DNA of 33,135 bases from an uncultured Clostridia bacterium (GTDB taxonomy: Bacteria > Bacillota > Clostridia > Oscillospirales > Oscillospiraceae), in contig CALICR010000154.1 in the NCBI GenBank assembly GCA_938049125.1, forward strand, positions 1-33,135. The letters are read 5' to 3'. A program made the translations under genes and the position numbers. Positions 8,940 through 15,888 of this stretch are shown here, one piece after another. Below the pieces are notes generated by a model, which worked only from the letters and a program-made list of their open reading frames with translations, did not search any database and was not told the DNA's origin. Position 1 is the first letter of the stretch. Each line of letters opens with the position of its first letter.

Positions 8940-10820
8940 ATGAACAAACTCTTGGAACTTCTGGGCGTACCGCTTTGTGCGCTGATGACGGTTTGCTATG
9001 ATCTGGTACACAACTATGTGGTCGCCATTGTGATCTTCACGGCACTGACGAAGATCATTCTGCTGCCGGTCTCCATGTGGGTGCAGCGGAACGGCATTGC
9101 TATGGTGCGCATGATGCCGGAGCTGAACAGGCTGAAGATCAAGTATTTCGGCGATCAGGAGACGATCGCCGAACAGCAGCAGGCACTTTACAAAAAGGAG
9201 CACTACAGCCCACTGGTCAGTACGGTGCCGATGATCATTCAGATCGTCCTGCTGATGGGTGTCATCGGTGCGGTCAAGACGCTGCTTGGCAGTGCCGAGA
9301 GCACACTGAACCTCATTCCGATGCAGGCGGGCGGCGCAACGCTGCTGATGCCGCTGGGGGCAGGGCTTGCGGCGCTCTGCCTGACGCTGGCGCAGAACAA
9401 GATTGGCCCGCTGCAGCGTGAGCAGGTGAAGGCGGAGCAGATCATGACCGGTGCCGTTTCCGTGTGCATCTCGCTGTTCCTCGGCGCATTCGTGTCGCTG
9501 GGAACCGGCGTGTACTGGATCGCAAGCAATCTTTGGTCGATCCCGCTTCAGCTCCTGCTGAACATTCTCGTCAATCCGAAAAAGTACATCGACTATGAAG
9601 CGCTCGAAGCCAGCCGCAAGGAGCTGGCAACGATGACCAGCCTCGGCACCACGGTCTCCAAGGAGGACAAAAAACGCGAGAAGGCGGACTACAAGCGCTT
9701 TTTCTCTGTGGCGAACAAGCATCTTGTGTTCTATTCCGAAAAGAGCGGCTTCTATAAGTATTTCCAGAACGTCATCGAATATCTGCTTTCTCACTCGAAT
9801 GTCATCATTCACTATGTGACGAACGATCCGAACGACAAGATCTTTGAGCTGGCGAAGGAGCAGCCGCGCATCCGTCCCTATTATATCGGGCCGAAGAAGA
9901 TCATCACGCTGATGATGAAGATGGACGCGCAGATTGTCGTTATGACGACGCCGGATCTCGAGAATTACTACATCAAGCGCAGCTATGTCCGCAAGGACAC
10001 CGAGTACATCTACCTCTGCCATGGCGTGATGAGCACGACCATGTGCATGCGCAAGGGCGCCTATGACCACTTCGATACCGTCATGTGTGTCGGTCAGCAC
10101 CAGATCGACGAGATCCGGGAGACCGAGGCGATGTACCATTTGCCCGCCAAGAATCTCGTGCCCTGCGGCTACGGCATGCTCGACAATATGCTTGCTGCCT
10201 ATGAGAAGATGCCGGAGGAAGCGCACGCGCAGAAGCGTATCCTGATCGCGCCGTCATGGCAGGAGGGCAACATTCTGGAGAGCTGCATCGAGGAGCTGGT
10301 GCAGCAGCTCTACGGCGAGGGACACTTCGTGGTCGTCCGTCCGCACCCGGAATTCATCAAGCGGTTCCCCGGCAAGATGGAAGCCATTGCGGCGAAGTTC
10401 CAGAATCTTGATCCGAAGCTCTTCAGTCTGGAAACGGACTTCTCCTCCAACGTGACAATCTACACGGCGGACATCGTCATCACCGACTGGTCCGGCATCG
10501 CGCAGGAGTTCGCGTTCACGACCAAGCGCCCCGTCCTGCTCATCAACACGCCGATGAAGGTGCTGAATCCTGAATATGTCAAATATGAGCACCAGCCGCT
10601 CGACATCACGCTCCGTCCGGAGCTTGGCAGGACGCTGGAGCTGGATGAAATTTCCAAGGCGGGCGCGGCGGTCGAGGAGCTGCTTGAAAACCGCGCCTAC
10701 TATGCGGAAAGACTGGATGAAATCACGCGCCGCTGTGTGTTCAATCTCGGCTCCAGCGGTGCTGCTGCGGGACGCTATATTCTGAAGAAGATCAGCAAGC
10801 CCGTGAAAACAACGAAATAA
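8940..10820 (+). CDS. Fusion protein: N-terminal YidC/Oxa1-like insertase domain plus C-terminal TagB/TagF-type CDP-glycerol glycerophosphotransferase domain
   Basis: 626 aa in one uninterrupted ORF. The N-terminal part (~aa 1-215) reads VAIVIFTALTKIILLPVSMWVQRNGIAMVRMMPELNRLKIKYFGDQE..QQALYKKEHYSPLVSTVPMIIQIVLLMG, matching the YidC TM1/coiled-coil/TM2 pattern. The C-terminal part (~aa 255-620) has ILIAPSWQ, VVVRPHPEF and ADIVITDWSGIAQEFAFTTKRPVLLIN, all typical of TagF-family enzymes. Confidence 0.8.
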   Translation: MNKLLELLGVPLCALMTVCYDLVHNYVVAIVIFTALTKIILLPVSMWVQRNGIAMVRMMPELNRLKIKYFGDQETIAEQQQALYKKEHYSPLVSTVPMIIQIVLLMGVIGAVKTLLGSAESTLNLIPMQAGGATLLMPLGAGLAALCLTLAQNKIGPLQREQVKAEQIMTGAVSVCISLFLGAFVSLGTGVYWIASNLWSIPLQLLLNILVNPKKYIDYEALEASRKELATMTSLGTTVSKEDKKREKADYKRFFSVANKHLVFYSEKSGFYKYFQNVIEYLLSHSNVIIHYVTNDPNDKIFELAKEQPRIRPYYIGPKKIITLMMKMDAQIVVMTTPDLENYYIKRSYVRKDTEYIYLCHGVMSTTMCMRKGAYDHFDTVMCVGQHQIDEIRETEAMYHLPAKNLVPCGYGMLDNMLAAYEKMPEEAHAQKRILIAPSWQEGNILESCIEELVQQLYGEGHFVVVRPHPEFIKRFPGKMEAIAAKFQNLDPKLFSLETDFSSNVTIYTADIVITDWSGIAQEFAFTTKRPVLLINTPMKVLNPEYVKYEHQPLDITLRPELGRTLELDEISKAGAAVEELLENRAYYAERLDEITRRCVFNLGSSGAAAGRYILKKISKPVKTTK

Positions 10821-10833
10821 AAGGAGAATCATC

Positions 10834-11091
10834 ATGAAAAAACTGCTCGGACGTCTTTATTTTGTGATCTGCTTTGTGCTGATCCTTTCTCTCAGCGCTT
10901 CTGCGTATCTGGACCCCTCCGTCATGACCTATGCGATCCAGATCATCGCCGGCATTGCCGTTGCGGTCGGCGCGGTGGTCGGTATTTACTGGCGCAAGGC
11001 GAAGAAAAAGGTGCAGGATAAGCTCGGCATCGACGAAAACAGCAAAAAGGAACAGGAAGAGGACGTCATCGAGATCAGAGAAGAGGACTGA
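10834..11091 (+). CDS. Small membrane protein, unknown function
   Basis: 85 aa with an AAAAGGAGAA RBS. It has a signal/TM segment, then AYLDPSVMTYAIQIIAGIAVAVGAVVGIYWRKAKKK (a second TM), and a K/E-rich tail. Confidence 0.7.
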   Translation: MKKLLGRLYFVICFVLILSLSASAYLDPSVMTYAIQIIAGIAVAVGAVVGIYWRKAKKKVQDKLGIDENSKKEQEEDVIEIREED

Positions 11092-11109
11092 AGACCTTTC
11101 TAAGCTGCA

Positions 11110-11146
11110 GCACGACGGTCTCGCGGCCGTCGTGCCATATTCTTTT
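11110..11146 (+). terminator. Intra-locus hairpin, a possible weak terminator or attenuator
   Basis: Perfect 9-bp stem GCACGACGG (11110-11118) / CCGTCGTGC (11127-11135) followed by CATATTCTTTT. The T-tract is short and interrupted. Confidence 0.4.
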
Positions 11147-11163
11147 CGGAATGGAGGAAGCCT

Positions 11164-12987
11164 ATGCAGGCAGTTATCCTGGCCGCCGGAATGGGAAAGC
11201 GGCTGAAAAGCCTGACCGCCAACAATACAAAGTGCATGGTGAAGGTCAACGGCGTGACGCTGATCGAGCGGATGCTGCGCCAGCTGGACCGGCTGAAGCT
11301 GCGGCGGATCGTCATCGTCGTGGGGTATCAGGGACAGAAGCTCATCGACTTTATCTCGACGCTGGACGTAGAGACGCCCATCGAGTACATCGACAATCCC
11401 ATCTACGATAAGACGAACAACATCTATTCCCTGGCACTGGCCCGCGGCGTGCTGGTGGAGGACGACACGCTCCTGCTGGAGTCCGACCTCATCTTTGCGG
11501 ATGGTACGCTGGAGGCCCTGGTCTCCGACCCGTATCCGACGCTGGCACTCGTGGACCGCTACGAGAGCTGGATGGACGGCACCGTTGTCACGCTGAACGA
11601 GGACAATTCCATCCGGAAGTTCATCCCCGGCAAGCAGTTCCGCTTCGAGGATATCCCCGGCTATTATAAAACGGTCAACATCTATAAGTTCAGCAGGCGT
11701 TTTTCGAAGGACATCTATGTGCCCTTCCTGACTGCCTATTCCTCCGCGCTGGGTGACAACGAGTACTACGAGCAGGTGCTCCGCGTGATCGCCATGCTGG
11801 ACCATCCGGAGATCCGCGCCAAGTGCATGGACGGGCGCGTCTGGTACGAGATCGACGATATTCAGGACCTCGACATTGCAGAGTCCATGTTTGCGCCGCC
11901 GGAGGAGAAGGTCAAGAAGCTCGGCAGCCGCTACGGCGGCTACTGGCGCTATCCCAAGCTGCTCGATTTCTGTTATCTTGTCAATCCCTATTTCCCGCCC
12001 AAGCGGCTGATGGACGAGATCAAGGCGAACTTTGAGACGCTGCTCACCCAGTATCCCTCCGGGATGCGCGTCAACTCGCTGCTGGCGGCGAAGGATTTCG
12101 GCGTGAAGCAGGAGCACATTCTCGTCGGCAACGGCGCGGCGGAGCTGATCAAGGCGCTGATGGAGGGCGAGACCGGCAAGGTCGGTTTTGTTCGCCCGAC
12201 ATTTGAGGAATATTATAACCGCTGCGACCCCGCGCAGCGCGTGGTCTATCAGCCCGAGGGATTCACCTACACGGCGGATGACCTCATGCGGGAGTTTTCC
12301 GGAAAGGGAATCTCGACGCTGCTGTTCATCAATCCGGACAACCCCTCCGGCAGCTACCTGCTGAAGGCGGAGGTCTGCCGCCTTGCGGACTGGGCGGAGA
12401 CAGAGGGCATCCGGCTGGTGCTGGATGAATCCTTTGCCGACTTCTCGGACGAGCTGGACAATACGCTGATCCTCGATGAGATGCTGGAGCGCTATCCGCA
12501 CCTCGTGGTGGTCAAGAGCATCTCAAAGTCCTACGGCGTGCCCGGTCTGCGCCTCGGCGTGTTGGCATCCGCGGATGAGGCGATGATCGCCGCCATGAAG
12601 AAGAATGTGGCGATCTGGAACATCAATGCCTTCGCGGAATTCTACCTCCAGATCGAGGAGAAATATAAAAAGGATTATGCGCTGGCACTGGAGAAGTTCC
12701 GTGCGGCGCGTGCGGAGTACGTCGCCGCGCTGCGGGACATTCCCGGTCTGCGGGTCCTGCCGTCGCAGGCAAACTATGTCATGGCCGAGCTGACCGGCGG
12801 CATCACCGCAGCGGAGCTGACGGCGCGGCTCCTGAGCGAATACAACATCCTCATCAAGGATCTCACGGCAAAGGTACAGGGTGGGCAGTATATCCGCCTT
12901 GCCGTCCGGGACGAGAAGGACAATGCGAGACTGGTGCAGGCGCTGCGCGCGGTCTGCGGCGGAGCTTTGGAGGGAAAGAATCCATGA
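11164..12987 (+). CDS. Bifunctional LicC-type (CTP:phospho-X) cytidylyltransferase / CobD-HisC-type class I/II PLP enzyme (FrbH-like architecture)
   Basis: 607 aa with a GGAGGAAG RBS. The N-terminal ~245 aa read MQAVILAAGMGKRLKSLT..KCMV, NNIYSL and VWYEIDDIQDLDIAE, which aligns with pneumococcal LicC motifs. The C-terminal ~360 aa have VGNGAAELI, FINPDNPSGSYL, LVLDESFADF, the PLP-lysine motif SISKSYGVPGLRLGVL, and WNINAFAE. Confidence 0.8.
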   Translation: MQAVILAAGMGKRLKSLTANNTKCMVKVNGVTLIERMLRQLDRLKLRRIVIVVGYQGQKLIDFISTLDVETPIEYIDNPIYDKTNNIYSLALARGVLVEDDTLLLESDLIFADGTLEALVSDPYPTLALVDRYESWMDGTVVTLNEDNSIRKFIPGKQFRFEDIPGYYKTVNIYKFSRRFSKDIYVPFLTAYSSALGDNEYYEQVLRVIAMLDHPEIRAKCMDGRVWYEIDDIQDLDIAESMFAPPEEKVKKLGSRYGGYWRYPKLLDFCYLVNPYFPPKRLMDEIKANFETLLTQYPSGMRVNSLLAAKDFGVKQEHILVGNGAAELIKALMEGETGKVGFVRPTFEEYYNRCDPAQRVVYQPEGFTYTADDLMREFSGKGISTLLFINPDNPSGSYLLKAEVCRLADWAETEGIRLVLDESFADFSDELDNTLILDEMLERYPHLVVVKSISKSYGVPGLRLGVLASADEAMIAAMKKNVAIWNINAFAEFYLQIEEKYKKDYALALEKFRAARAEYVAALRDIPGLRVLPSQANYVMAELTGGITAAELTARLLSEYNILIKDLTAKVQGGQYIRLAVRDEKDNARLVQALRAVCGGALEGKNP

Positions 12988-13928
12988 AAATCGTATCCTT
13001 CGACCAGATCACGAGGCTGAATATTTCGCCGTACACCTGCTATGAGTGGGTCAGCGAGGGCATCCGGCGGAAGCACGAAGCACTGCTGCCGGCAAAAATC
13101 AGCCTCAAGCCGGATATTCCGGGCGTGTTTTACAATACGATGCCGTCGATCCTGCCCTTTGCGGGCTATGCCGGCGTCAAGCTGGTGACGCGCTATCCGG
13201 AGCGCGCGCCGAGCCTCGACAGTGAGATCCTGCTCTATGATCTCGAGAGCGGCAAAAATCTGGCGCTGCTCGACGGAAACTGGATCACGACCATGCGAAC
13301 CGGCGCCGTTGCGGCACATTCGGTCAGGCTCCTGGCAAAGCAGGATTTCTCGACCATCGGTATGATCGGGCTCGGCAACACGGCACGCGCGGCATTCCTT
13401 GTGCTGCTGTCTCTCTATCCGGAGCGGCAGTTCACGGTGAAGCTGAAGCGCTACAAGGATCAGCATGAGCTGTTTGCAGCACGCTTTGCAGCGTATGCCA
13501 ATGTGAAGTTTGTCTACTGTGACAGCTATGAGGAGCTTGTGCGTGGCAGCGAGGTCGTGCTTTCTGCCGTCACAATGTTTGAGGATGACATCTGTCCCGA
13601 TGACTGCTTTGAGGAGGGCGTCCTGCTGGTGCCGATCCACACGCGCGGCTTTACCAACTGCGACCTGTTCTTTGACAAGGTGTTTGCCGATGATGTGAAC
13701 CATGTCAAGGGCTTCAAGAATTTCGGCAAATTCCGCAGCTTTGCGGAGGTGTCGGACGTTGTAAACGGCAAGGTGCCCGGACGCACGGACGATCGCGAGC
13801 GCATCCTCGCCTACAACATCGGAATTTCCCTGCACGACATCTATTTTGCAGGCAAAATCTATGAGCTGCTGGCAGCGCACTGCCCGGAGGCAGACCTGCG
13901 CGCACCGACGGAAAAATTCTGGATCTGA
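12984..13928 (+). CDS. Ornithine cyclodeaminase / mu-crystallin family NAD(P)-dependent enzyme
   Basis: 314 aa. Its ATG overlaps the upstream stop (ATGA at 12984-12987), and GGAGGGA lies upstream. It carries LLDGNWITTMRTGAVAAHSVRLLA and the Rossmann motif IGMIGLGNTARA, both typical of the OCD family. Confidence 0.8.
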   Translation: MKIVSFDQITRLNISPYTCYEWVSEGIRRKHEALLPAKISLKPDIPGVFYNTMPSILPFAGYAGVKLVTRYPERAPSLDSEILLYDLESGKNLALLDGNWITTMRTGAVAAHSVRLLAKQDFSTIGMIGLGNTARAAFLVLLSLYPERQFTVKLKRYKDQHELFAARFAAYANVKFVYCDSYEELVRGSEVVLSAVTMFEDDICPDDCFEEGVLLVPIHTRGFTNCDLFFDKVFADDVNHVKGFKNFGKFRSFAEVSDVVNGKVPGRTDDRERILAYNIGISLHDIYFAGKIYELLAAHCPEADLRAPTEKFWI

Positions 13929-13959
13929 GTGCCCGGCAGCCGTTTGGAGGAGTACTTCC

Positions 13960-14751
13960 ATGATACGCGGCTATCTCAATACCGTTAAAAAATACCGGTT
14001 TCTCTTGAATCAGCTTGTAGCGCGGGACTTTAAGACGCGCTACAAGCGGAGCATCCTCGGCGTGCTCTGGAGCATGCTGAACCCGCTTCTGACCATGTGC
14101 GTTCAGTATCTGGTCTTTGTCAACATCTTCCGGTGGCAGATCGACAACTACGCGGTCTACCTCCTGATCGGTACGGTGAGCTTCAACTTTTTCTCGGAGT
14201 CGACCCAGGCGGCGCTATCCTCCGTCACGGGCAGCGCCTCGCTCATCACCAAGGTCTATATCCCGACCTATGTGTTCCCGGTGGCGAAGGTGCTCTCCTC
14301 GTGCATCAACCTGTTTTTCTCGACGCTGGCGCTCTATCTCATCATCTTCATTCAGGGCGTACCGCTCAACTGGTGCCATCTGCTGATCCCGGTGCTCTAT
14401 CTGGCGCTGATCGGCTTCAGCATGGGCGTCGGCATGATCCTTGCGGCGGTCATGGTCTATTTCCGGGATACCCAGTTCCTCTACGGCGTGCTGATCGTGC
14501 TGTGGATGTACCTGACGCCGCTGTTTTATCCCGTCAGCATCATTTCGGACAGCGCCTCGCCCCTCGTCTGGGGTCTCTATCAGTGCAACCCGATGTACCA
14601 GTATGTGACGTTCTTCCGCACGCTGGTGCTGGACGCTGCAGTGCCGACGGCGGCGCAGTTCGCCTGGTGCTTCGGCTATGCGGCGCTCTTCCTGCTCATC
14701 GGCTTCCTGGTGTTCAGGAAGCTCAAGAAGAACTTTATCCTGTATATCTGA
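13960..14751 (+). CDS. ABC-2 type polysaccharide/teichoic-acid export permease (TagG/Wzm-like)
   Basis: ATG at 13960 with GGAGG 9 nt upstream. The tracked start at 13846 lies inside the upstream gene. Its N-terminus is family-typical: YRFLLNQLVARDFKTRYKRSILGVLWSMLNPLL. It has six predicted TM helices. Confidence 0.88.
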   Translation: MIRGYLNTVKKYRFLLNQLVARDFKTRYKRSILGVLWSMLNPLLTMCVQYLVFVNIFRWQIDNYAVYLLIGTVSFNFFSESTQAALSSVTGSASLITKVYIPTYVFPVAKVLSSCINLFFSTLALYLIIFIQGVPLNWCHLLIPVLYLALIGFSMGVGMILAAVMVYFRDTQFLYGVLIVLWMYLTPLFYPVSIISDSASPLVWGLYQCNPMYQYVTFFRTLVLDAAVPTAAQFAWCFGYAALFLLIGFLVFRKLKKNFILYI

Positions 14752-14760
14752 GGTAGCGCT

Positions 14761-15867
14761 ATGGCAGACGCAATGATCGACATCCGCGAAGCGACGATGG
14801 ATTTCCACCTCGAACATGAGAATATCAACAGCTTCAAGGAGTTTTTTGTCAACCTTCTGAAGGGAAAAATTCATTATGACCATTTCCGCGCGGTAGACCA
14901 TGTCAATCTGCAGGTGAAGCCCGGCGAGGTCTGCGGCATCATCGGCAGAAACGGCGCGGGCAAGAGCACCCTGCTCAAGATGATCGCCGGCGTGCTGACG
15001 CCGACGGGCGGCTCAATTAAAATTCACGGCAACATCGCGCCGATGCTGGAGCTTGGCGCGGGCTTTGACCAGGATCTGACGGCGCGGGAGAATATCTTCC
15101 TGAACGGTGCGATCCTCGGCTACAGCAAGGAATTTCTGGAGAAAAAATTCGACCATATCGTAGAATTCGCGGAGCTGAAGGACTTTATCGACCAGCCGGT
15201 GCGGACGTTCTCCTCCGGCATGATGATGCGACTCGCATTTTCCATCGCCACGCAGGTGGACCCTGAAATTCTGATCGTTGACGAGATCCTCTCCGTGGGC
15301 GACAGCCACTTCCGCCAGAAGAGCGAGGGGCGGATGCGCGAAATGATGAGCGGCGGCACCACAGTGCTGATGGTCTCCCATGTGCTCGCGCAGATCCGCA
15401 GCATGTGCAACCATGTCATCTGGCTCGACCATGGCAAGGTCATCATGGACGGCGATGCCAAGACGGTCTGCGACGCCTACGAGGGCCTTATCGACTTCGA
15501 CAACGCGCCGAAGTTCGAGATCGGCCGCACCATGGACGACATTCAGCGCATCACCATGTACCCGGACAACTGGCTGCCGCCGCAGGGCTCGTACAAAATC
15601 AAAACCGGTCCGATGGGGCTGGTTTCCGGCGTGCTGCTCTGCCCGTTTCAGGATCTGACCGGGAAGGAAAAGGTAAAAATCTCACTCGACTGCAACGGCG
15701 ATGAAGAGCCGGTCTCCATCGCGATCACCGAGGAGCACACAAGTTTTGAGCTTCAGGGAAAACCAAACACCGTCGTTACCGTCTATATAGATAGCAACTT
15801 TTCCCGCTCACCGGGCAACGACCAGCGCGCGCTTTCGGTCGTTCTGGAGGATACGGACGGGAATTAA
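14761..15867 (+). CDS. Polysaccharide/teichoic-acid export ABC ATPase (TagH/Wzt-like) with a ~120-aa C-terminal extension
   Basis: 368 aa. It has Walker A GRNGAGKST, signature SSGMMMRLAFS, Walker B ILIVDE and the H-loop VSH. Residues ~250-368 are a non-ABC, beta-rich domain. Confidence 0.88.
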   Translation: MADAMIDIREATMDFHLEHENINSFKEFFVNLLKGKIHYDHFRAVDHVNLQVKPGEVCGIIGRNGAGKSTLLKMIAGVLTPTGGSIKIHGNIAPMLELGAGFDQDLTARENIFLNGAILGYSKEFLEKKFDHIVEFAELKDFIDQPVRTFSSGMMMRLAFSIATQVDPEILIVDEILSVGDSHFRQKSEGRMREMMSGGTTVLMVSHVLAQIRSMCNHVIWLDHGKVIMDGDAKTVCDAYEGLIDFDNAPKFEIGRTMDDIQRITMYPDNWLPPQGSYKIKTGPMGLVSGVLLCPFQDLTGKEKVKISLDCNGDEEPVSIAITEEHTSFELQGKPNTVVTVYIDSNFSRSPGNDQRALSVVLEDTDGN

Positions 15868-15888
15868 ATCAAATTGGGAGTATCAGAT

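Noticed and set aside
11164-12987. Reading the LicC::aminotransferase fusion as the known phosphonate (CMP-2-aminoethylphosphonate, PntC-AEPT) system
   Set aside because: No PEP mutase or phosphonopyruvate decarboxylase gene is present anywhere in the window, and the partner gene is an OCD-family enzyme instead. I kept it only as an alternative hypothesis, to be tested against the rest of the genome.
7529-13961. Chain of long - strand ORFs (7529-8713, 8715-10226, 10792-12501, 12774-13961)
   Set aside because: Each mirrors a motif-supported + strand gene (the LtaS-like, YidC::TagF, LicC::PLP and OCD genes). The products are R/H/L/Q-rich nonsense, there are no RBSs, and the boundaries ignore the + strand gene punctuation.
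14097-14901. 219-aa + ORF (14097-14756) and 228-aa - ORF (14215-14901) over the ABC-2 permease
   Set aside because: The permease frame yields six clean TM helices and the family N-terminal motif. The alternatives are P/R/G-rich and lack start signals.
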